Below are positions 39,837 to 52,093 of a DNA stretch of 64,000 nt, piece by piece (positions within the stretch are counted from its first letter, which is position 1; every line of letters begins with the position of its first letter). The DNA comes from Octopus vulgaris (taxonomy: Eukaryota). The stretch covers positions 119,412,001 to 119,476,000 of the forward strand of contig OX597814.1 in assembly GCA_951406725.2 (NCBI GenBank), read 5' to 3'. The position numbers and the translations under genes are program-made. Below the pieces are notes generated by a model. That model saw only the letters and a program-made list of their open reading frames with translations. It did not search any database and was not told the DNA's origin.

Positions 39837-40790
39837 GTATGAATTAGTTGGTACTCTTGAGTTTCAAACGTGATGCTAGTCGTCAGCTATTTTGAATTTG
39901 AATGACAGAAGTTGATTGCTGTTACCATAAGAGAGCTGCGATCGGTTGAGGAACGTGGTTTGGCGTTGGTATATGGGTAACAGTTAGTTGGAAAAAAACT
40001 GCCTTTGGACAGGAAAGTATTCACGTGGAGGACAGGAAATTGACTAGAAGTCGGTCTGGTTTTTTTGCGGGGAAAGTAGGAATGTGATATCAGCAAGTGT
40101 ATATGGGTATGCAGACGCGCTTATATACCTTTGTGTACATTGATGCGTGTGTGCACATCTATACATGTGTTCGCACGCGCACATCTGCACACACACATAC
40201 GCACGGACGAACTTGTATGCACGCACATGCACACACATACACGCATACACACACGTGTATTCATTCCTATGTACATATGTATATTCGCATGCAGGTACGC
40301 ATGTATACCAATGTGCGTGCACAGACGCATGCACCTGCACTCATGCACTCGCAAAACAAGCGTTGGGGAATTTGTAAGTATTAGGAATTTGTATGCGCTG
40401 GAGGTTGGTAAACGTTGGAGATTGGTAAATGGCGGTCCTGCTCATGGAGTTGGTTGGCTGGTAGCGGTGAGATTGGTGCAGGTGGTACAAAGTAGCAACT
40501 GGTACCAAGGGGGTATATCCACGTTGTCAACGGTCAGAGGCCTGAAATTTGCCAGAAGAGCATTCCTCTGGTGACAGCAATACGATAAATCGTATTTCTT
40601 GTTGATGGATTTTCCGGGTTGTTGGAGGATATGCGGTTTTCGTGGAGGCAGAGCTGGCAGCTGGCAGTGCCGGGTGAGTATGGTGGTACTCTGTCGAGAA
40701 TAATCCACTTGATGGTGGGTATTTCATCTCGAAGATCGCGCTGAAACTCAAGAGTGCCAACGAATTTGAATCAAACTGTTTTGATCCATA
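39837..40790 (-). mobile_element. 5'-truncated Penelope-like retroelement relic (GIY-YIG C-terminus, probably Naiad-type) with an inverted terminal segment
   Basis: Minus strand 40740-40510 gives DLRDEIPTIKWIILDRVPPYSPGTASCQLCLHE/frameshift/HILQQPGKSINKKYDLSYCCHQRNALLANF, matching the W-x-I...P-Y...C-x2-C-L-x-E...N-K...C-x-H tail of PLE endonucleases. A downstream hammerhead core is present, and 39842-39866 is inverted at 40742-40766. Confidence 0.75.
39846..39892 (-). ncRNA. Hammerhead core at the 3' end of the Penelope-like relic (stems I and II decayed)
   Basis: Minus strand reads aaatag CTGACGA ctagcatcacgttt GAAAC tcaaga GTA ccaact. The core is intact and stem III is 4 bp, but stems I and II pair poorly. 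Confidence 0.55.
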
Positions 40791-41275
40791 GCTGTAACTC
40801 CCAATAAACTGGTTGAATGCACTTTTTTCGTTTGTCCACTCATATAGATACATAATTCTTTCAACAACATTTTAAACAATTTAAACAGCATAGTTACAAT
40901 GGAATGGGGTAGAGAAATTATCCAGTATTCTCTTGAAAGAAACTGTACACAGCTTCATCCGTACTGCTTGTTCTTCACGAAATAAAATTTAGCTATGCTC
41001 AAGGTAGAAGTGGGCAAAATGTGTATTAAAAAAATATACTACATAGTTCTCTCTTAGGACTGCAGGTTAAGTACCACTTACATCGTCTGAACAAATAGAT
41101 GCTTCAGAAAAATTAGATTATTCAAGAAAATTATAAAGGCATTTTAGCGTTTTGTATAAACTTCCGGAAATCTTACACTTTTCAAAAACAACACTGTATG
41201 TATTGTAGGATACAATTAGTATAGAAATGAAACGTTTTGTGTTCTAAAATCTAGTTAGTTGAATTTGGTTTATTC

Positions 41276-41311
<36 letters not shown>

Positions 41312-41576
41312 TAGAAATAATGACGGTAATGTTAATCATTAACGCTAGTAATAACCTAAGGATAATTAGAAAGGTAAAATAGCCTTCACATTTCTGTTAA
41401 AAGAAGCCGTTAAAAAAAGAAGCTGTTAAAAAAAGCAAAACGAATTACATGCACACAAACACACACACATATATTCCGTTTCAGAATCCATTAGTTAGAA
41501 AAAGCATGCAGTCATATATATGTCAATAGAGTGGGTATATATTAATAGACGTGAACAATATTTTATATCCATTGCG

Positions 41577-41666
41577 GCCGATCTTACTAATCGGTTTCGC
41601 CGTAGGGGTTCAACGGAATATTTGATAACAGCCCGATTATATAACCCCGTGTCCTTCAGAGTTGGC
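41577..41666 (-). ncRNA. Degenerate type-I hammerhead
   Basis: Minus strand reads gccaact CTGAAGG acacggggtt...aacccctacggc GAAAC cgatta GTA agatcggc. It has A9>G and a partly decayed stem I. Confidence 0.5.
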
Positions 41667-42070
41667 AGTTATGGAAACAGAAATTCGAAAGGAATACAAA
41701 TATGATATAAAGAAACAGAACATTGCTTCTGAAAATAGTCTGAGTTAATTAGGAAGTAGATGCATCGTGAATTCAGCAATATAACCAACAATATTTTATA
41801 ACGTGAAACTGCTCTTCATCGAACAACCCCCAACTCTGGTCTTGTATTACTATGGATATGACTATTCCATAGAAAATATTTATCAAGAATATCACTGATG
41901 ACAACGAATGTTGCTATCTTCATAACGTGACCTTTGGCTAGTAATATTTAGTCAAATACTTTGAATCCACCCTTAATACTAAGAATACACTACATACTGT
42001 CATTTTATTGCGTGGCTTCCATTCTAGGTATAATAATTCCAGAGAGAGCGTTACAGAGCATTCAGAATGG

Positions 42071-42119
<49 letters not shown>

Positions 42120-42310
42120 AAGGCGACGATCTGGCTGAATCGTTAGCACTCCGGGCGAAATTCTTAGCGGCATTTCGCCCGTCTTTATATTCTGAGTTCA
42201 TATTCCACCGAGCTCGACTTTGCCTTTCGGGTTTTCTGAGCAACGGGGCCGATGTAATCGACTAACCCATTTCCCACAAATTTCAGGCCTGGCATATAGG
42301 AGAATAGAAT
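42120..42310 (+). mobile_element. SINE family B copy
   Basis: aaggcgacgatctggctgaatcgttagcac...ttctgagttcatattccaccgag...gatgtaatcgact. Confidence 0.75.
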
Positions 42311-42583
42311 ATATATGTGTGTGTGAGAGAGAGAGAGAGAGACAGGGAGAGAGACAGGGAGAGAGACAGGGAGGGAGAGAGAGAGAGTGTGTGTGTGTGT
42401 GTGTGTTCATTAAATCATTAATCTAAAACAGAAGCACACTGTAGAGCAGTAGAATATATAGATAAATATAGATATGGCCGGTTTATGGAATTTCACTGGG
42501 TTTCAAGTCCATAAAGCGCTTAGCTTCACAGCCATTTTCAGACCCTAAACCCGTTGGCCTATCTTGAAAACACAGACTGGCCA

Positions 42584-42676
<93 letters not shown>

Positions 42677-42703
42677 TTATTTATTTATATTTATATCTAT
42701 CTA

Positions 42704-42753
<50 letters not shown>

Positions 42754-43004
42754 CTTCACCGAACCGCAAAGTTACGGAGATGTAAACACCAACACTCGTG
42801 CCAAGCGGTGGTGGTGGGGGACAAACTAGACGGAAAGACACACGCACACATACATACACACACAGAGAGATAGACACACGCACACAGAGAGATAGACACA
42901 CGCACACAGAGAGATAGACACACGCACACACACACATATAATATATATCACTACATAATATTACATAACCGCTTCTTGAATGAATAAGTACTAATCGAAA
43001 ATAA

Positions 43005-43235
43005 ATCAAAATTTACGAAATGTTTCGCTAATAAGTACTTTCCTCATCTGGCTTTGCGATTGGCAACAGAAAATAAAGGGTACGGACGGTATTTGAGGAT
43101 GCATGCATTTTTAGTCATTATTTTATTTGGCTAATTATTACTCAATTTTATTTCAGAAAATAACAATGACAGGCCATATGCTTAGTAATGAAATTAAAAG
43201 ACATGCTGTGATTGTCGCTATGACGGATATGTGTC
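43005..43235 (+). mobile_element. Possible 5' end of a maT-type transposon
   Basis: MTGHMLSNEIKRHAVIVAM resembles the start of Tc1/maT transposases (KRxAVIVA helix). It is short and recognised by eye only. Confidence 0.35.
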
Positions 43236-43274
43236 TGTCTGAGGGTAAACAGAGATGGACACATACATCCATTC

Positions 43275-43662
43275 TTTTATTATTTTACTTGTTTCAGTCA
43301 TCTGACTCCAGCCATGCTGGAGCACTGAATTCAGTCGAAAAATGGACCCAAGAATTTCTTTGTAAGCCTAATCGTTGTCTTTTGCCGAAACACATCAACA
43401 TAGGTTGTCAAGTGATGATGAGGCACAAACACCGACATGCACTCAAACACACATAAATATATGTACACACGAACACACACACACATACACACAAATATGT
43501 ACGACGGGCTTCTTTCAGTCTCCGTCTACCAAATACACTCAAAAGGATTTAGTCGGCATTAGGTTATAGTAGAGGATATTTGCCCAAAGTGCCACGCAGT
43601 GGGACTGAACCCCTAACCATGTGGTTGGGAAGGAAGCGCCTTACCACACAGCCACGTTTGCA
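43275..43662 (-). mobile_element. SINE family A copy
   Basis: ttttacttgtttcagtca...gccatgctggagcac...gtgccacgcagtgggactgaaccc...ccttaccacacagccac. Confidence 0.8.
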
Positions 43663-44072
43663 CACATATGTGCATATGTAGGTAAACAAATACTGCAAGC
43701 ATTCTGTGCAGCATAATTTCACATGTTTGCATTTCAAAGAAGGCATGTATATATGGGAAGTTATAATTCAAGTACACGCAAAAGTGTGTTTGTGTGTGTG
43801 TGTATATGTAAAACTATATACATACAAACGCAAGCATGTATATAAAGACATATGTAAACGCATACACATATATATGAATACCTAAATATATGTGTATTTA
43901 AATATACACATATACGCATGTATATATAAATGCACACATATGCACATACATACACACATATATACATACAAGTATAAATTAGCATATGTGCATAGTAATA
44001 TATATCAAATATATATATAAACGAACACGTACATATGTGTGAGTGCGTTTGGGTATGTTCTTGTGTCGGTAC

Positions 44073-44141
<69 letters not shown>

Positions 44142-44604
44142 ATATTCACATGCATACGTATCAGAGTATGTGCGAGGGAAGGATTTCATTATGGTTTATA
44201 AACACATTAGGAACTTTTCAACGGCATTTTTGATAATTTCAATTTAGATTCAACCAGAGAGATTTATGACGAATACTCTTTCCTTAAATAACATTCAACT
44301 GCTGTTGAGTTATGTGATTAAGATGTATTTTAAAGCCAGGTCTGTTATTTATCGGTAATAAATAAATATAATACAAACAGCTTCGATAATATTTGACAAA
44401 TCTGTAAATCAAAATGATTATACCAGATCTATCGTTCTTTCTCCCTCTTACTTTGTTTTTAAGTGTATAAGCCGCTTTCCCTTTCACTTCCTGTTCACAG
44501 AGTCACGCCGATGTAATTATATTTATCAGTAGGAGCATATATCTATATCTATCTATCTAACTACATATTTATTTACATATCTATCTATGTACCTACCTAC
44601 CTAC

Positions 44605-44695
<91 letters not shown>
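44605..44695. repeat. (TCTA)n microsatellite
   Basis: Seen directly. Confidence 0.95.
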
Positions 44696-45359
44696 CATAG
44701 CTCTCTCTCTATTTATCTATTTATCTACATATCTATCTATCAGCTTGCATATATATAAATCTATGAATGTGTATACCTATATATGTATGTATGTATAATC
44801 ATATGTGATAGTTTTGCTTCACGAGGAACAAAGGTTTTGCCAAATTCCAATTTGTTTTATTAGCGTATATAAAAATTTTCATTGTCACCATGAAAATCTG
44901 AAGATATGTTTGTGCTATCAGAATAGGCAATATTATTAATACGTAAATTTATATTATTGAATATAATTTCTGGTAAATGTACATAAATGCTTTCGCTAAG
45001 AAATTTCATGAATGTTTGTACTCTGCATTGTTATAAGTTCATAAACAAATTTTATTTTGTTTATGAAATAATATTTTTCCCTTTCTTATTGTGTCAACTT
45101 ATCCTGCACAATGAGTAACTTCTTTTGCATTATTCAAACAGCAATTTGACGTTGAGCACCCTATTGTTGGTCATTTTGTGTTGCAGTATAATGTAGTTTG
45201 AGAGAATGGCGCAGGTGTTTCAGCGTACATCATTTAATAATATCAAGTACAATACGCACCAAATTATCATGTTTCATTGGTTGGAAATAATTGCGAAACC
45301 CAAACCAAAAATAGCAGTGTTTGGGTGTCAATCGGAGGACATTGCATAACTGACAGTCT

Positions 45360-45955
45360 TAAAAATCAGATATGCCGTCAACATAATGATGTTTAGAGTG
45401 ATCACTAGTGATGGCGACGTTATGCCTCCATTCATATTTCCACACGGCCTCAAACTCAACACTGAAGCCTGCTTCAATACCTAGATGAGGGAGTGCTGCC
45501 TTGGGTCAAAATGGTGGCTGCTGGAAGACCCTATGTCACGCAAAAGGACTCTGCACCATGTCACATAAGCAGAACCCAGTCATGGCTGCCAGACAATTTC
45601 TGCCACCACATCACCCGTAACATTTGGCCACATAACTCCCCACACTGCAACCCCCTTGATTATCATGTGTGACGCGCAGTTGAACAAGATACCATCATAA
45701 CACCAAATATGAACTGAAGGCAAGAATTATGGCAGCATTCACGAAGCTGAACAAGGGGACCGTCCAGAAGATTTGCAGGAGATTACGAAGTCATCCGGAG
45801 GTCGTAGTTGAAGCTAAGGGCGATTTCATTGAGTGAATTTACTGTTTAGTATTTCAATATATTTTATGCAATTTTTGGTAAATATAACTGTTAAAATGAG
45901 ATAGCGTCATTTTCATTTTTGCGTAATTTAGATGACAATTTATTCACCGCACCCT
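45360..45955 (+). mobile_element. Tc1/mariner DD37D (maT-type) transposon 3' half, decayed, with right TIR and TA
   Basis: It translates to MMFRVITSDGDVMPPFIFPHGLKLNT...VLPWVKMVAAGRPYVTQKDSAPCHISRTQSWLPDNFCHHITRNIWPHNSPHCNPLDY, with stops and frameshifts. The D-D spacing is 36 here, probably one codon lost. It ends gacaatttattcaccgcaccct followed by (TA)n. Confidence 0.8.
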
Positions 45956-47634
45956 ATATATATATATATATATATGGGTGAATGAGAAAAAAGAGGCACT
46001 CAAGGCATTTTCTCTGAGTTGCATATATTAATATTTAAAAGAGCTTGGTTCGGCCCCAAGAGACTTAATATTTCGTTGGCTTGTTACAGGAGCCTCATTC
46101 CACAGGTTGAGACTAATCATGTACATTCTGTGTTAGCGTGTGAAAGGTGTGCTGTCTGCATTTGTTACTCTAAATATATGTTGTGATATTCGAATGTGTG
46201 ATTTGTGACTAAATGATATCAACTATAAAGTTTGTTTTTTTGTTTTTAAATAATATTTGAGAATGTTCATTGTTGATTAATCGGCATGCATGATGTTGCA
46301 TCTCTTTTGTTCAGTTCTATAAGATCTCTTTCGTTTCTGATAGACTTTATACATGCTATAGTTTTGTTAAGTTTCTAGATTCCGTCAATTTCACATTTTT
46401 CTTATGGGCATCTGCTAGGTTCAGTGATTCAGTCTTCAGTGGCTTCACAAGAATATTTGTGACGTTGTTTTCTTCTTAAATGTTTCAGCTTTAGAGTTTC
46501 ATTTAATATCTTGTATAAGACATGCAAACAAGGGAAAAAGAGGATAAGAAAAGGTGTATTCTATATTTCTGTCACTTTGGTATGAAACATAGCGTTCGGC
46601 ATAAAATAAGACTATAATACGAAGTTTAGTTGTACGAAGCGCATCGAATATGCTCAACAAAACTTTTGAAATCAGTGCAAGAACCTGACCACAACCCAAT
46701 CGTTAAAGGCGAGAATTGTTGTGCAAATATGTATATATGTATCGTTAAAAATAATATCTGAAACCTAAGAATTATTCAACTAGTGCTTGAATTAATTGCT
46801 CGAAGGAGATTTGAAATCCTTAATATTCCGAAATGTAAAGCGTGTTGGAGTGGGGAAGAAAACCAGGGTAGAATACTTGTTATATCATATTACGCTTAAT
46901 CAGAACAGTTATTTCTATGAAAACAGTAAAGAGAAAGTAAACAGCGAGAAAAGAGTAAACCTATATGAGCAATAATTGCTAATAGGAAGGCATTTTTCGT
47001 TGATAATAGACAACGTTAAGCTTTCCTGATCTTGCATTTAAACAAATGAATTAAGCGAAATAGCTGCATGATGACTGATTGAATACCATGGAGGGAAACA
47101 TATTTAGGTGTGCCAAAGTAGCACATTGTTTACTAATGGGATATTTGAGTTGGTCATTTTACGGTTAATCTGCTGATTCCCTCCCTTCACACGCACAAAC
47201 ACCTTCCTCGCTCTTGTGTTAAAGCTAATGTGATGATTCGAACGAGAAAAAAAATCAATATTTCTTGTCAGAATTTTGCACTGTTCAAGCTACAATTGGT
47301 TACACACGAAACAAACGTCCGCGTGTTAATTGATCTATCGCAGGTTACTAGGTACTTTGTTATAGAATCTCAGCAAGAACTATGAAAAGTGATTGAAGAG
47401 ACATGTACTGTAAACTGAATTCTAATCACAGGTTCTGTAGAAAAATGCCGAAATGCATTCTTCAGGGGAAATGGTCAATTAACTAAAAATTGTTTGCCAA
47501 CTTTTTAAGCCATCACTCTTTTGCTTCGTGTCTTGCCTAACTAACATGCTCAGATAGATAAATAGATAGATGGACAAAAATATGTATAGATTGACGGAAT
47601 CCATATCTATCTATTTATTTAACTATCGATCCAG

Positions 47635-47693
<59 letters not shown>

Positions 47694-47695
47694 CA

Positions 47696-48198
47696 GCCTG
47701 TACGGATGATTATTCGCTTACCACTTGTGATGGTATTTTAATAATACAATCCCTATATTTATTTATAAATAATTTTACGCATTTCGTTTGTTCGTACGGT
47801 GCTTGGTCACTTCAAACGAACTTTCGCAGGCATGATTGGGGAGCATGTTAGTAGATACTTAGCTGGCGGACTTTGGCTGATGAGAAATCATGCGCCTAGG
47901 TGGCGCTAAATTTCGAAACCGGTACCGAGTCGACCAGCACTTACTTGTTCTGACCCTTTTGAGGTAAGACATTATTATTGTTCACTGATATTTTTTCCTA
48001 TCTTGTCTGTAATAGATTTGTGACTATTCGGTGATACAGAAGTATTTTTTGACTTCTATCATTAGCGATATAGGTACTCATGTAGTACCCTTGTGTATAT
48101 ATGTACATATCTAGTATTGTATGCATACATTTTATTAATTTGCCTGTACGGCTGATAATTCGCTTACCACTTGTGATGGTATTTTAATAATACCATCC

Positions 48199-48200
<2 letters not shown>
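47696..48200 (+). mobile_element. Retrozyme-like / Penelope pseudo-LTR-like non-autonomous unit carrying the hammerhead
   Basis: A direct repeat of about 58 bp (gcctgtacgg...cgcttaccacttgtgatggtattttaataatac..atccc) occurs at 47696 and 48142, a period of 446 bp. The hammerhead lies inside, (TA)n flanks both sides, and there is no ORF. Confidence 0.65.
47862..47938 (+). ncRNA. Type-I hammerhead ribozyme, apparently intact
   Basis: Sequence is gctgg-cg-gactttgg CTGATGA gaaat..gcgcc taggt ggcgc..atttc GAAAC cg GTA ccgagtc-ga-ccagc. The core is complete, stem I is about 7+5 bp with an internal loop, stem II is bipartite, and stem III is a minimal palindrome (ACCGGT). Predicted cleavage is after 47924. 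Confidence 0.8.
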
Positions 48201-48282
<82 letters not shown>

Positions 48283-49728
48283 ATTAATAGATAAGTGTTT
48301 GTTTAATATAATTAAAATAATATTGTTTACTGCATTTTAAATAAGAACTTTAAGTAAATCTGTAATCAACGACATGGTGGTACTTATACTTCAGCTGTTG
48401 TTTCTTTCAGTCCCATAGATTTGATCACTGAATTTTAAATTAATCATTAATGGATAATTATATTTGTGCATTTGCAGAATGTTGAGGGTAGTGTTCAATT
48501 CACTTCGCTGCACTTTTCTCAAAACTGAACAAATATAAAAATTGAAAACTGCTAATATCAGAACTGTGTAAGTGAATCTAATAGACTAGATAATAACCTT
48601 TAAAAAAGCCTAAATAGCTATTACAACATTGAGATTTGTTTTTCTTTCAGTCAAATATGTCCTTCAAATTTCGCAATTAGAAAACTTCCTTCAACCCTTT
48701 TATAACATTTTTGAGAATTTATTTGAAAATATATATTAAGGAAAGGATTCTAGCTTTCACATGAAGCAGGTATATTTAAGCACGATGTTGATGGAGAAAT
48801 CTTAAAACATAAGAAGATATATAATGCATCTACTTATGTTCAAGTATGGCTTTGAAAACGCACTTAATCCGTCCATCAATGTGTCTGCTTTAGTGAATTT
48901 AACAAGAAAAGTAACAAAAGAATGATGGTTGAAAAAAAAATCAAATTTATCTCTTCCATTGAAGAATGTATTTGGGAATATTTCGATGAAACCTGTGATA
49001 AGAAATCAGTTTTCAGTATGTGACACGTCAGTCACTGTTGATAGCCACTTTTGATATTCGATAACAAATTACGAATCGAGCAATATTTTTCCATGGGGTA
49101 AACTTGAAATATTTCCAGCGCATCAACACTATTATGTCAACATTCCCCTAAAATAATAATATATTACTCGTACATCATATGATATATATATGTAATCGGA
49201 GGCGAATATGAGATAAATTAGTGGAGATTTAACTTAAGTTCGGCATCTAATGGGAGGTCACAATGTCTAAGGAGCTACCAGTGCTTTGAATTTATATACA
49301 CGAGAATTAACTGGGATGGGAAAGTACGGAATTATATATATATATATATATATATATAAGGTTCAATTAGAGGTCGGATAAGCCTGATTAACGGATTGTA
49401 ATATCAAATGAATTACTGGTTCATTATCTAATATTTGTTGTGAATATTAATTATAATACTGATGAATAATAGGTAATTTGATAAACAAAGGTTTATATTT
49501 ATGTAAGAACATTTCTTAAACAGAAGTCAGGGCAAAGGTTTATGTAAATGTACATATCTCGCATAAACCACACGCAGAAACTATAGAACATTGTATATGT
49601 CTGTATGTCTGCATCCAAATACATATACATCCATGCTTACACTTTCAACTGAACACGTACATATGCAAATGCATATAAAATTAAGTGATAGTGAACTTGA
49701 TGGCTAGATAGATAGATAGATAGATGGC

Positions 49729-49790
<62 letters not shown>

Positions 49791-49800
49791 TATAGATAGA

Positions 49801-50426
49801 TATGTTTCTTTATTAGCCACACAGGGCTGCACACAGACAGGAAAAATTACAAGGTAGGGCTTTTCTTTTGGGGGTAAAGAAAGGGGGTTTGGTTTTCAAT
49901 CAAAAGGGATCGTAAAGGGAACGAAAGAGGACAAAAAAGGGGGGAATAAAATAAAAAAAGAAGGGGGGGAAGGGAAAGGAAAAAAAATTGATCAATAGGG
50001 ATCGTTATCACGGAAATGTCAATATGAAGTGTAAAGGGGAGGACAGGTGAGATTTACCCGTGGAAAGAAAAGCCTAGGGAAAAGACCACGGTAACCTCGG
50101 TCAATGAAGTCACATGTTATATTTCTTCTTTTTTTTTTGCAAATAAGCAACACTCTGTATTAATTTTTACGGTTCATAGAATCATAGTCAAGGTGGCTTC
50201 GTCATTCATACGTGCCATCCTTGCTACATTCACCCATCTTTTTTTAAAACATCCACTAGACAAAACTTGCCTCTCTACTCTCACTTTCCTCTTCAAGTGA
50301 TACTTGAAGGAGTTGAGAGGTTGACCAGAGAGGAAAGTGTTTGTCTCTAATCCTTTCAGGTGCGTCCACCAGATACATTCTTTCGCCATAGCCACAAGTA
50401 CGATAAAAATAGCTCTTCCTTCCCGT
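49801..50426 (-). mobile_element. Second, shorter copy of the same Tx1/L1-like LINE
   Basis: ORF 50174-50395 is nearly identical to the end of ORF 50942-51463 and has the same 3' terminus. It is flanked by (GATA)n. Confidence 0.85.
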
Positions 50427-50487
50427 CACAATTTCGATAGATAGATAGATAGATAAAATTAGATAGATAGACAGATAGATAGATGGC

Positions 50488-50524
<37 letters not shown>

Positions 50525-50543
50525 GGCTAGATAGATAGATAGA

Positions 50544-51480
50544 TATGTTTCTTTATTAGCCACACAGGGCTGCACACAGATAGAACAAATTACAAGGTAG
50601 AGCTTTTCTTTTGAAGGTTTAAAAAAAAAAAAAAAAAAAAAAGGAAGGGGAGTTTCGATCAAAAGGGATCGTAAAAGGAGAGAAAGAGGACTAAAAAAAG
50701 GGGGTTAAAAAAAAAGGGGGAGAGGAAAAAAAAAAAAAAAAAAAAAATTGATCAATAGGGATCGTTATCACAGAAATGTCAATATGAAGTGTAAAGGGGA
50801 GGACAGGTGAGGTTTACCCGTGGAAAGAAAAGCCTACGGAAAAGACCACGGTAACCTCGGTCAATGAAGTCACATTTTATATTTCTTTTTTTTTTTTTTT
50901 TTTTTTGCAAATAAGCAACTCTCTGTTTTCGATTTCTGGGTTCATAGGACTATGCTCAAGGTGGCTTCGTCATTCATACGTGCCATTCTTGCTACATTCA
51001 CCCATCTTTTTTTAAAACATTCGCTAGACAAAACTTGCCTCTCTACTCTCACTTTCCTTTTCAAGTGGTACTTGAAGAAGTTGATGAGAGATTGACCAGA
51101 GAGGAAAGTGTTTGTCTCCAATCCTTTCAGACGCGTCCACCAGATACATTCTTTCGCCATAGCCACAAGGATGATGAAAATAGCTCTTCCTTCCCGTTTG
51201 AAGGAAGGAGGCGTGACAATATTGACGATAGACTCAGCTGATAAACCGACTCGTCCCACACGTGACAGCAGTTGTTCGACATAAGCCCACAGGTCGGAAA
51301 TTGTTGGACACTGAACGAGTGCGTACAGAACGGTTTCGTCGCTCTGACCGCATCTCGGGCAGGTCGGCCCCGTGTTTCTCGAGCCGTGTCTGTAGAGCTT
51401 ATCCCGAACGGGTAGCGCTTCTCGGTAGCACTGCCAGGCCAGGGATCTCTGGAAGTTGTCCATGGGCCCTGGCCCGAAAT
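50544..51480 (-). mobile_element. Tx1/L1-clade LINE, 5'-truncated (ORF2 C-terminus with zf-RVT-like motif plus 3' UTR), in (GATA)n
   Basis: ORF 50942-51463 gives WQCYREALPVRDKLYRHG...CPRCGQSDETVLYALVQCP...W, a C-x2-C...H/Y...C zinc knuckle typical of L1/Tx1 ORF2. The 3' UTR ends aataaagaaacata(tcta)n. Confidence 0.85.
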
Positions 51481-51607
51481 AGATAGATAGATAGAGGGCT
51501 AGATAGATAGATAGATGGCTAGATAGATGGCTAGATAGATAGATGGCTAGATGGATAGATAGATAGATAGATCGATAGATAGATAGATAGATAGATAGAT
51601 AGAGGGC

Positions 51608-51652
<45 letters not shown>

Positions 51653-51659
51653 GGAGGGC

Positions 51660-51731
<72 letters not shown>
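51481..51731. repeat. (GATA)n microsatellite with gatggcta/gagggcta variants
   Basis: Seen directly. Similar tracts lie at 49698-49800, 50436-50543 and 51972-52092. Confidence 0.95.
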
Positions 51732-51733
<2 letters not shown>

Positions 51734-51971
51734 TGTTTCTTTATTAGCCACACAGGGCTGCACACAGATAGAACAAATTACAAGGTAGAGCTTTTCTTTT
51801 GAAGGTAAAAAAAAGGGGGGGTTCGATCAAAAGGGATCGTAAAAGGAGAGAAAGAGGACAAAAAAAGGGGGAGAGGAAAAAAATTGATCAATATGGATCG
51901 TTATCACAGAAGTGTCAATATGAAGTGTAAAGGGGAGGACAGGTGAGGTTTACCCGTGGAAAGAAAAGCCT
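51732..51971 (-). mobile_element. Third copy (3' UTR only) of the Tx1/L1-like LINE
   Basis: It has the same terminus, tatgtttctttattagccacacagggctgcacacaga, and lies within (GATA)n. Confidence 0.85.
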
Positions 51972-52050
51972 AGATAGATGGCTAGATAGATAGATAGATA
52001 GATGGCTAGATAGATAGATAGATAGATAGATGGCTAGATAGATAGATGGC

Positions 52051-52093
<43 letters not shown>

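Noticed and set aside
42469-42590. Short inverted ends (tagatatggcc...) with an internal ctgaaaa...gaaac on the minus strand
   Set aside because: The inverted ends are short and partly microsatellite, and the core and cleavage triplet are both non-canonical. It is too degenerate to call.
46130-46460. Faint CR1-like RT remnants
   Set aside because: There are only a few scattered codon-level resemblances, in inconsistent order.
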